64,000 bases of DNA from Octopus sinensis (lineage: Eukaryota), in the NCBI RefSeq assembly GCF_006345805.1, contig NC_043006.1:24056001-24120000 (forward strand), written 5' to 3'. The notes under the pieces are model-generated. The model saw only the letters and a list, made by a program, of their open reading frames with translations. It was not told where the DNA came from and made no database searches. Of the stretch, positions 1-9,971 are shown in pieces. Made by a program: the position numbers and the translations under genes. The first letter of the stretch is position 1, and each line of letters starts with the position of its first letter.

Positions 1-478
1 GGAATGTTTGGAGCGAGTGGGTTTCCAGGGTGACTATTCATGACTATTCATGTGTTACTCTGTTAATTAGGCTTATATAGATGAGTATTCTAGTTTGGGA
101 TTATGAAGGCATATAGGGCTTCATGAAGACAAGACCCTTTTGCCATTCTATCGGTATTTCAAAAATACATAAAGGCCCACGTGAAGACAAAAAAACGTTG
201 TTCTCAAATTTTCTGTTGAGAAGGGTTTACTTAGCTGTAGGTATAGCTAGGCATTCTGATAGGCAGAGATAATAGCGTCTACTTGCGGTGTTGTAGGAGG
301 CTGTTTTGGGGAGTATACGCCAGTTCAAGCTAAAATCTATTTTTTTGTCCTTTAGTTCCCAAATGTATGTACTAAGTCCTGTTGAGTTTGCCTTGTTCCT
401 ATATCTGAAGCTGGAGAGATGCATATTATATCTGAGAATCATTTGGTTCTTAGTTGCACCTATGTAAGATTTTGTCTA
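1..478 (-). mobile_element. Penelope-like element remnant, GIY-YIG endonuclease C-terminal half plus 3' region
   Basis: The frame 475-227 reads TKSYIGATKNQMILRYNMHLSSFRYRNKANSTGLSTYIWELKDKKIDFSLNWRIL...YYLCLSECLAI, with the YIG motif and the typical PLE EN tail. It is 5'-truncated at a (TA)n tract. Confidence 0.8.
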
Positions 479-481
479 ACT

Positions 482-516
<35 letters not shown>

Positions 517-607
517 TAATCCAAACGTGAAAACGCAAAGAGAAAACACAACAACATGAGGACGTGGAACAAATATAGTATTATTGGACGCTCAGGAAAG
601 AAGAAGG

Positions 608-642
608 GTTTAACGTTTTGAGCGGAGCTCTTCGTCGGAAAC
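608..642 (-). ncRNA. Degenerate minimal type I hammerhead motif
   Basis: GUUU-CCGACGA-A-GAGC-UCC-GCUC-AAAAC-GUU-AAAC. Stems I and II pair, but there are two core substitutions (U4C, G12A). Confidence 0.5.
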
Positions 643-721
643 ATAGGATAAGGGAAGACAGAGGAAAAAAAATCGCCAACGGTACACACGCAGTCACATT
701 TTGAATATATATATATATATA

Positions 722-1106
722 TATTCTTTTATTCTTTTACTTGTTTCTGTCATTTGACTATGGCCATGCTGGAGCACCACCTTTGTGTCGAATAAATCGG
801 CCCTACGACTTATTCTTTGTAAGCCTAGTACTTATTCTATCAGTTCTCTTTTGCCAAGCTGCAAATGTGACGGAAACATAAACACTCCAACATTGGTTGT
901 CAAGCGATGGTGGGGACACAAACACAGGCACAAACAACAAACACACACACACACACACATGCATACATACATACATAATCCACTCATAAGGCTTTGACCG
1001 GGCTGAGGCTATTGTAGAAGGCACTTGCCCAAGGTGCCACGCAGTAGGACTGAACCCGAAACCATGTGGTTCGTACACAAGCTTCTTACCACACAGCCAC
1101 TCATGC
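722..1106 (-). mobile_element. tRNA-derived SINE, family 1, near full length
   Basis: Head gtggctgtgtggtaagaagc...ggttcagtcc (A/B-box-like), body and (CA)n core shared with many copies in the window. Confidence 0.8.
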
Positions 1107-1366
1107 ACCAACCCATGCCAACATGGAAAACAGATGTTAAACGATGATGATGATGATGATGATGATATATAATATAAATAAGGTTAGATAAGCTGGTCTA
1201 TGGGATAACACTGAGTTTCACATCCATAGAACACTTAACTTTACGGCATATCATCAGATATCAAAACTTGTTGGTTTAAGGCCTCTCTAGCATGTGGCCT
1301 TATCTAACTTAATTTATATATCTATATTATATACTACTCTTCTTTTTCAGATTTATGTTTTACCAA

Positions 1367-1367
<1 letters not shown>

Positions 1368-1427
<60 letters not shown>

Positions 1428-1455
1428 TGTATGTATGTATGTATGTATATATATA

Positions 1456-1490
<35 letters not shown>
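1368..1490. repeat. Compound (TA)n/(TATG)n/(TG)n microsatellite
   Basis: Direct reading. Confidence 0.95.
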
Positions 1491-1491
<1 letters not shown>

Positions 1492-1588
1492 ATTTCAACA
1501 ATTGAGGGCAAAATTAATTAATTATTAATCAATTTCACCAAGTGTTCAGTATGCAAAGGGACCATTCAAGGCGAATTCAAATTATTAC

Positions 1589-1912
1589 ATTATATAAAAG
1601 GGCTTAGTAAAATAAATTACTTTGCCGCATACTGAACTCATTAGAAATAGCAGCTAAAAAACTTTTTAAAGCTATTTCTAATACTTAAAGAAAATCTCTC
1701 TCATATATAGTGTTTGCTTAATTCAACTCGTGAGTTGAATTAATCTCTCTCATATATAGTGTTTGCTTATTCAACTTGTGAGTTGAATTAAGCAAACACT
1801 ATATATGAGAGAGATTTTCTTTAAGTATTAGAAATAGCTTTAAAAAAGTTTTTTAGCTGCTATTCTAATGAGTTCAGTATGCGGCAAAGTAATTTATTTT
1901 ACTAAGCCCTTT

Positions 1913-1920
<8 letters not shown>
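1589..1920. repeat. Long inverted repeat (about 140-bp arms) with an internal ~48-bp duplication; PLE-terminus-like family
   Basis: 1589-1729 is the near-perfect reverse complement of 1781-1920. Related sequence occurs at 8340-8710 and 52535-52620. Confidence 0.85.
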
Positions 1921-1980
<60 letters not shown>

Positions 1981-2194
1981 TATATATAAGGATTACATCA
2001 AGATCCCCTTCAGTCACAAATGACCATGGGATTGCACCTAGAAAATTACCTTCCAAGGCACAAGTCTGGGCAAGGTTTTTTTATAGAAAACTAGCAGTCG
2101 CCCATGCATACCAGCCTCACCTCTCCACGCCACCGATGTTATCAAAGGAAAAAGCAAAGGCCAATACAGCTTGGCATGAGTGGCGTCGCAGCTC

Positions 2195-2485
2195 ATTTAT
2201 TAATCTGCAAGTAGTTGAGCACTCCACAGACACGTGTACCCTTAACGTAGTTCTTGGAGAGATTCGGTGTGACACAGAGTTTGACAAGGCTGGCCCTTTG
2301 AAATATAGGTACAACAGAAATAGGAAGAAAGAGGGAAAGTTGTGGTAAAAGAGTACAGCAGGATTCACCACCACCCCCTGCCAGAGCCTTGTGGAGCTTT
2401 AGGTGTTTTCACTCAATAAACACTCACAATGCCCAGTTTGGGATCCTCCAACCACGAGTCTGCAGCCCTAACCACTTGGCCATAC
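2195..2485 (-). mobile_element. tRNA-derived SINE, family 3, partial
   Basis: Colinear with the full copy at 37461-37845. Confidence 0.75.
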
Positions 2486-2806
2486 ACACACACACATATA
2501 TATGTGTGTATATATATATATATTACCTCAACACATCTGACTAATATGGGCATAATGAGATACCCTTATCTACAGGCTGAAACAGCTGTAAGATCCATTT
2601 TATATGTATTATTTTTATGGTATTATCTTACTTATTGATGTATATTGTTTTATTCTGTCTTATTCTGTTGGATTTGGATGCTCCTATTTAATTTAATTAA
2701 TTAGTTAATAAATTATATGAATTGGTATAATCTGGAAGTTGATGATTGAAAGGAATCTATTCTTCCATTTTCTTATTTTGTATATATATATATATATATA
2801 TATATA

Positions 2807-3093
2807 CTAGCAGTATCGCCCGGGAAATAACTATATAAGCATTTTTAGAGAGTTACTTCCCTTATATAACCCGAGCAAAAATCATTAAAAGTGCGGAAAA
2901 ATGATGGTAAATTTTTTTTTTAATCGTAGACTCATCGTAGACACGCGCTAATACCCAGAAGGGCTTGATATGAATGACGACTATAAGATACCCACTTTTG
3001 GTTAAACTGCACTGCAAAATGTGGGAGTAGTTAGGAATCTAAATCGGAGGAGACAGAGTCTCACGCACACAGCTTCAATTTTATATATAAAGA
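2807..3093 (-). mobile_element. Non-autonomous Helitron-like element
   Basis: On the - strand it starts A^TCTTTATATATAAAA and ends CCCGGGCGATACTGCTAG^T (TC...CTAG at an AT target, no TSD). Confidence 0.7.
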
Positions 3094-3271
3094 TATATAT
3101 ATATACAAATAAGAAAATGGAGGAACAGATTCATTTCAATCATCGACTTACAGATATTACAAATTCATATTATTTATTAACTACATAAATAGGAACATCC
3201 AAATCCAACAAAATAAAACAATATACATCAAGAAGTAAGATAATACCATAAAAATAATACACATAAAATGG

Positions 3272-3401
3272 ATCTTACAGCTGTTTTAGCCTGTTGATAA
3301 ATGTATCTCATTCTGCCTATATTAGTCAGATGTATTGAGGTAATATGCAGTTAAAAATGAGTTACTTATATATATATATATCTCAAGGCCTCGTCAGAGA
3401 T
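3272..3401 (-). ncRNA. Type I hammerhead motif with a 93-nt loop II
   Basis: AUCU-CUGACGA-GGCCU-[93 nt]-AGGCU-AAAAC-AGCU-GUA-AGAU. The sister arm at 2574-2594 has the intact GAAAC. Confidence 0.6.
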
Positions 3402-4089
3402 TTATAAAGTACATTTATAAAAATATAAAAATGCAACTATAAATATGAAACAAAATACACATACACAAGAATATATATATATTTACATATATATATATAT
3501 ATATATAATATATATATATATATACATATATATAAGTACATATATAATAATATACATACACATAAGGTTACAGATAATCAAATATATATTGGAGTATACA
3601 TATACATCCACATCAATGGGTACATATACAAAGTACAAAGTTCATTACATTACCAAAACTATTTATATTATTATTATTGATAATAATACCAATATTAGAT
3701 TGTGTGCATTCTGCTATTCACAATACATAGTAGATGGAAAATACCACATAAAATATAGTATAATATGATATATCATAATATAATATAATTTAATATAATA
3801 TATTATATATCACATATATAATATACTATAACATAATATATAGACAGATGCCTATGAAAGATGCAAGCACATTAATTCAACAAATAATGTCATTATATTC
3901 ATATATCGTACAGTCAAAATCAAAACTTCAGTCTTGTTCTGCATACATATATATATATATACACAGGTAACAAACACATGCATTTGCATATACATACATG
4001 TGCAAAAAACATCCACTAATACATATACATATTTAAAGAGATTTTATCCTTTTACATCATACAAAAGATATATGTATGTACATATGTAG

Positions 4090-6707
4090 AGTTTCGTTTG
4101 GATGTGCAGGCACATCATGCACCGTGAGTCTGCAACATGAGAGGGAGCAGAGCTCTATGAGGGACTGTACTGCTTACACCGTTGAGGACAAAGATTTTTG
4201 GGCAGTGTTTAACGGTCAGTGGTGGATGGTAGAGTGGCACTAGAAAGCTGAGCTGCTATCAGTATACTTTGAAAGGACATGCCAGGAGTGAGTTTGAAGG
4301 AAAGGTAGAGAGGTGGATTAAGAAGGGTGTCCTTATCCCATAGAAGGAGGAGGTGGTGAGTGGAGTGTTACCACTAATGGCAGTGGTACAGCCAACAAAG
4401 GGCAAAGTCAGGCCAGTACTGGACTTTCGGGAGATGAATGGCCATGTATCATGTCACACAGGTGGTGAGGCGACTGATGTCTGCAGTGAGACCCTGGAGG
4501 AGTGGAGACAGATGACAAGGGCAGCAACAACTGTCAACTTGAAGTCAGCATATTTGCAGCTCTATGTGAGCGAGAAACTGTGACAGTATCAGCTGATGCG
4601 ATACAAGGGCCAGACATACTCTTTGACTAGGCTGGGTTTCAGGCTGAATTCTACGCTGATGATCATGGCGAAAGTACTCAAGTCTATCTTGGGAAAAACA
4701 GACAGGATAAGAAGGACCACCAATTCCTGTATAGATGACATCTTGGTAGACAAGACCATAGTGTATGCCACAGAGGTTGTGAGTCACCTGAAGAAGTTCA
4801 AGCCAATGGTTGGAGGAACTGCACTGGAGCTCAAGCTTCAAAGAGATAGAACAGGCTCATTGGTGTTCTGGAAGGGGAATGAGATCCTGGAACTGGGTAC
4901 CAGTGTCAGCAGGAAAGAACTGTTCTCAATGTGTGGGAGGCTCATGGGACACTACCCAATCACAGGGTGGTTGCAGACAGTATGCAGCTACATCAAGAGA
5001 TGAGCAGAAGGGACAATGTGGGAGAGAGGACAGTGGTAATGATGCAGGAGATTATAGAGAGGACAAGATCAGAAGACCCAGTAAGAAGGAACTGGTATGT
5101 GTCCAAATTGGAGAATAGGAGTGTATGGTGTGATGTTAGCAGCATAGCAATTGGGGTTGTACTGGAAATTGGGGATGTTGAAGTAGAGGACGCAATCTGT
5201 CTTCGAAAAGCTGTTGATTACAACCACATCAATGTAGCTGAGTTGGACATAGTGCTGAAGGAGGTGAACTTGTCCCTGAAATGGGGGCTGCATTCCATCA
5301 AAATCCGAACTGATTCAGCCACCATACTTGGCTGGGTAGGATCAGTGATCACTGACAAAAAGAGGGTTCAAACCAAAGGGGCAGCAGAGATGTTAATAAA
5401 GCGCTGCCTAGAGATTCTAGGAGAACTAGCTGCTGAATTTAGTTTGAAGCTGAGTGTGGTTTTGTGCCTTCAGAAAGGAGCAAAGCAGGCATTCTAATCA
5501 GGGTGAAAAGGGCTTTGTTAGTGGAGCCAGTAGATTTGAAGCTGAGGATAGCTGCAGTGTGTCGGTTAAGTGACTCGAAGCTAAGGAGACTGCATGCCAT
5601 ACATCATATGGACATGGATACAACCCTGTATCTTACCAGGAAAGTTGACACTGATGTAACTGGGCAGAACATCCAAGAGGTGGTTGGGAATTGTGATAGG
5701 TGTCAATCCATTCACCCTGCTCCAGGTGTGCATGAGCAGGGAAACGTCTTGGTAGATCACAACTGGAGATGATTGGCGGCGAATGTGACACACTACCGGT
5801 AGGGGACGTATCTCTCAATGGTCGACTGCGGAATGGGTTGGATGGCCATTTGGAGGGAATTGAAGACAGGTACTGCAGATGAGATTGCACATAACCTGAA
5901 CAAGATATTCCTGGAGTGGGGCCCTGTGGACAAACTGCTGATGGACAACAGCACTGCATTTCATTTGGAGACACTGAAAGAGAAGCTTGATAAGTGGAAT
6001 GTGCACTGCTTCTTCAGAGCAGCATACAGGCCAAGTGGAAAGGGACTGTGGAAAGACATCGTCAAATGATCAAGGCCATGGTAGAGAGGAGCCACATCCC
6101 ACCAGTGGAGGCAGTGTTCTGGTACAACATGTCATTCTGATCAGGACAGAGCGATGTTCAGATATGAATGGTGGCATCCTAGTAAACCATCAGAATGCCC
6201 TGCAGAAGAGAGAGAGCCTGTCTTTGTGGAGGTGGGAGATGAAGTCTGGGTCAAGCCCCCCCTCTCCCCCCAAATCACGCTGCAGATCTCAGTAGAACAG
6301 AGGAACAGTGATGGCTGTTAACTCCAAAAATAATGTTTTTGAGGATGGAATGCCATGTCACGTCTTGGATGTTCGCAGAATTGTTGCTTTGTCGGATGAA
6401 GAAGGTGGAGGAGAGGAAGTGAGTGAGACTACTTCCCAACAGAGATCACAGCATGTGAGGCGTCTACCTGGGTGGATGGCAGATTTTGACATGGAGTAAG
6501 GTGAGGAGGTGATCTTTGCGATTAGGGGGGGGGCATGTGAAGATGAGATGAGCCGGAAGGAAAGGTCTGGGATGTCAACAGTCAAGGGGCTTGACCAGAA
6601 CAGGAAGGGTGAGAGAGGAAGTAAGGGAAGGAAGACCAGGCGTTAGCCTCTTTTGCCTTGGGTGCTCACGATGAATGAACCTGAGGCAAGGGGCGCTGAT
6701 AGGGACA
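4090..6707 (+). mobile_element. Degenerate Ty3/Gypsy-type LTR retrotransposon (RT-RNaseH-integrase, PPT, 3' LTR)
   Basis: RT motifs KVRPVLDF, LKSAYLQ and CIDDILV; RNase H WCDVSS...HINVAELD...TDS; integrase HH-CC and LLMDNSTAF; multiple stops and frameshifts. Polypurine tract at 6524-6533, followed by TG at 6536. Confidence 0.88.
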
Positions 6708-6731
6708 GGCACTAGCAGCTGCTATCATTAA

Positions 6732-6950
6732 CCCTTTAGTATTTAAACCGGCCATATCCGGCCAAAATAGTTAATCTGTTTTATGTTCAAACTGACCAGA
6801 TCCAGGCTCTCACACCTACCCTACAATGTTATTCTACATTAAGTAATTACACCATCAAGATCTTGAAGATATGAGATAATGCATGATTAATTCAAATCAA
6901 TGTGAATCAATAAGCATTATGTTTGATAGAATAATCAGAACACTAAAGGG
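6732..6950. mobile_element. piggyBac-type MITE (219 bp)
   Basis: TTAA|CCCTTTAGT ... ACTAAAGGG|TTAA: terminal inverted repeats with a TTAA target duplication. Confidence 0.85.
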
Positions 6951-7654
6951 TTAAATGCATGGGCTGAGCACAAATTTTGGATTCAGTACAGCTGGACGGC
7001 AAAATGATGAGAAAGTAGGTGAATTGTTTTTTTATTTCCTTCATTACAGTTCCCTCACACAGCATTCCCAAGGCAATTTTATGCATTATATTTAGCCAGT
7101 TTCAATCTACTTTAAGCAGTTGTAATACTGGCCATGTTAGGTATGATGGCGTATGATACCTTGACAGAATCCTTGAAGCTGATGCCATAAACTTAACAGT
7201 TTGCTGATCACAAGCATCTCTGACCTTGATTTATAACAGGAGCTAATATTCTTGCTATTCGTATTATTATTTTTGTTGTTATTAATGTCATTGTTGGGAT
7301 CACTGGGCTGGCACTTTGCCTCACTGTTGGTGGGGTGGTTGATGCTGGAGATGTTTTATTTATAAGACTTCATGGTTGTCCCTTTCTCTCTTTCTAACCT
7401 AAGGGTAGGAGTGTGTATGTATACTTCCCACTTAAAAATGGAAAGGTGCTCTGTTTACATTGTGCCCTAGGTTCAGCCACTTCACTGATGTGCATTTTGG
7501 AGATATATATATATATTGAGCACTAAACACCATTCTTTCTATTTATTACTAAACACTGAGAGGGTGGATTAATAAGATTACATAATATTTCAACAAGAAA
7601 TTATGTAATCCTAACAACAAAAACATATATGTATTTTGTATTTTATTATCTGTG

Positions 7655-8270
7655 TATATAAATCAAAATCAAAATCAAATCAAACCAAATCAAATCAGAT
7701 ATCAGAAAGCAGAACCAAAATCGAAGTCGATCAACATCAATGGAAATTGCGGCTGTGATACCAGTGCCGGTGACAAGTAAGCGAACCATCCGATCGTGGC
7801 CGTTGCCAGCGCCGCCCCGACTGGCCTCCGTGCCGGTGGCACGTAAAAAGCACCATCTGTTCGTGGCCGTTGCCAGTCTCGCCTGGTCCCCATGCCGTTG
7901 GCACGTAAAAAGCACCATCCGTTCGTGGCCGTTGCCAGCGCCGCCCTGACTGGCCTCCGTGCCGGTGGCACGTAAAAGTACCATCCGTTCATGTCCGTTG
8001 CCAGCCTTGCCTGGCCCCCATGCCGGTGGCACACAAAAGCACTATCTGTTCGTGGCCATTTGCCAGCTCCATCTGGCTCCTGTGCAGGTGGCACGTAAAA
8101 AGCACCCACTACACTCGTGGAGTGGTTGGCGTTAGGAAGGGCATCCAGCTGCAGAAACACTGCCAGATCAGACTGGGCCTGATGCAGCCTTCTGGCTTCA
8201 CAGACCCCAGTTGAACCGTCCAACCCATGCTAGCATGGAAAACAGATGCTAAATGATGATGATGATGATA
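7655..8270 (+). mobile_element. Non-autonomous element with RTE-type 3' tail and internal 62-67-bp tandem array
   Basis: (AAATC)n head, five to six GTGCCGGTGGCACGTAAAAAGCAC units, conserved tail ending in (TGA)n. Relatives at 40085-40350 and 47378-47672. Confidence 0.75.
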
Positions 8271-8434
8271 TATATATATATGTATATATATATATGTATT
8301 TTGTATTTTATTATGTGTGTGTGTATATATATATATAATAACAAAGGGTAAAATTAGTTAATTAAGAAGTAATCAATAATTTCACCAAGTAGAATTCGGC
8401 ATGAAAAAGGACCATTTCACGGTAAACTTAAGTA

Positions 8435-8710
8435 ATACTTTATAATTAGGGTTCAACAAAGATTGGCTTTACCACATACCGAAGTTTAGAAATAGCAGCC
8501 AAAAAACCTTAGCTATTTCTTCTACTTTAAAAAGGGACTCCCAGTAAAAGCAAAATACTTGAAAACAATCCACGCAGGCAGAGAAGAAAAATAATGAAAA
8601 TCAATCTATATCTTTTTAAAGTAGAAGAAATAGCTAAGGTTTTTTGGCTGCTATTTCTAAACTTCGGTATGTGGTAAAGCAAATCTTTGCTGAACCCTAA
8701 TTATAAAGTA
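8435..8710. repeat. Inverted repeat, about 100-bp arms (8435-8534 / 8612-8710)
   Basis: Near-perfect reverse complement; shares the motifs aatttcaccaagt and tagaaatagcagc with the 1490-1920 element. Confidence 0.85.
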
Positions 8711-8715
8711 TATAT

Positions 8716-8747
<32 letters not shown>

Positions 8748-9569
8748 GTATTATTCTTTTTAACTCAGGTTTTGTTGGAACTCATGGAGTCTTGCATGCA
8801 TAGTGATCTTACTACTGGCAGCCTACAGTTCTATGCTGTCTGTTCTTTCAACTATCTTGCAACTTTTCTGGCTTTTCTGGCCATGCCAAGGAGGCAAATT
8901 TTGGCATGGCCAGGTACTCTATTAAAATAGCTATGCTGCAAGCAAAAGCTTTCTTAAGGATGTGAGAAAATATTCTGCTAACATTGGTTTCATAACAAGA
9001 TGAGAAAGTTGAGCTGTAACAAATTAGTCTCCTTCTCCTCCTCTGTCTATCAGAAGGGTGTTAGATATACTCAGTTTAATGTTCACATGGCCTGGTTTCA
9101 GATCCCAGGTTGAACTTTGTGTGGATCTGGAGTTGTGACCCATCTGTCCAGTTCCCCACCCTCCAAGATTCAAATGCCCAGCGTGACTCCTAGGTCATGT
9201 GGACAGTCCTGTCACCTGCTTTTCACCCACTGCATTTCCCTTCCCTTCCCTCTCTATCTCCCACTCTCCTTTCTCACACTTGTAAACTTTCTCCCCACTC
9301 ACCCTGTTCAATCCTCAGTACTACCTCACTTATTTTATACTCCTGTACCTTCTGGGTACACCCTTATACATCTCCACCACCATCTTCTCTCTCTCTCTCT
9401 CTCTTTTCTGACCAGTGTAGCCATATATCCTCTACAGTAAGACACCAGTTTCTTTCGACTTTATTATATTCTAACTTCTCTTCGACTGGCAAAAAGCCAC
9501 CTCCTTCAATACAACTCCTTCTCTCGGTTGAGAGGTCTTTATCTTGCATGTTACTCTGTAACCTCACCC

Positions 9570-9730
9570 GTGATGCTGCCACGTAAAAAGTAACCAAGTA
9601 CATATTGTAAAAGGAAGGGCATCCAGCCGTAAAAATTACGCCAAAGCAGACAGTAAAACTTGGTGCAGTCCTTTGGCTTGCCAACTCCAGTCAAACTCAT
9701 GCCAACATGGAAAACGAACGCTAAATGATA
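9570..9730 (+). mobile_element. RTE-type 3' tail remnant just upstream of PLAA
   Basis: gccacgtaaaaag...ggaagggcatccagcc...catgccaacatggaaaacgaacgctaaatgat matches the tail of the 7655-8270 family. Confidence 0.7.
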
Positions 9731-9831
9731 AGGAAAAAAAGCAGAATGTGTTAAAATCAAATGTTCCTGAGATAATGAGTAATGGTGTTCTTTTATAGAA
9801 AGAGGTAAATATTTATTGTACACCGGTAATA

Positions 9832-9971
9832 ATGGCGTCGCCATATAAACTGCGGTCTACAGTTGTAGGACATGAAAATGATGTAAGAACACTGACCACT
9901 TGTCCACTTCACGAAGATATTATAATATCAGGATCCAGAGATTGGACGACTCGAGTATGGACCGCTAATAA
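9832..9971 (+). CDS. PLAA: PLAA exon 1 (start, WD40-1)
   Basis: ataATGG Kozak context; [46 protein letters not shown]; donor AA|GTAAGA, phase 2. Not in the ORF track. Confidence 0.93.

Larger units (their letters stand above)
2522..3401. repeat. Inverted repeat pair (2522-2790 / 3105-3345) of a hammerhead-bearing PLE-like terminus
   Basis: The arms are reverse complements at roughly 85-90% identity by eye. A hammerhead 3' half is present in both arms and the 5' half lies at 3386-3401. Confidence 0.75.

Noticed and set aside
7762-8110. Regularly spaced palindromic repeats resembling a CRISPR array
   Set aside because: The spacers are themselves homologous, the context is eukaryotic, there are no cas genes, and the block is part of a dispersed retroelement family.
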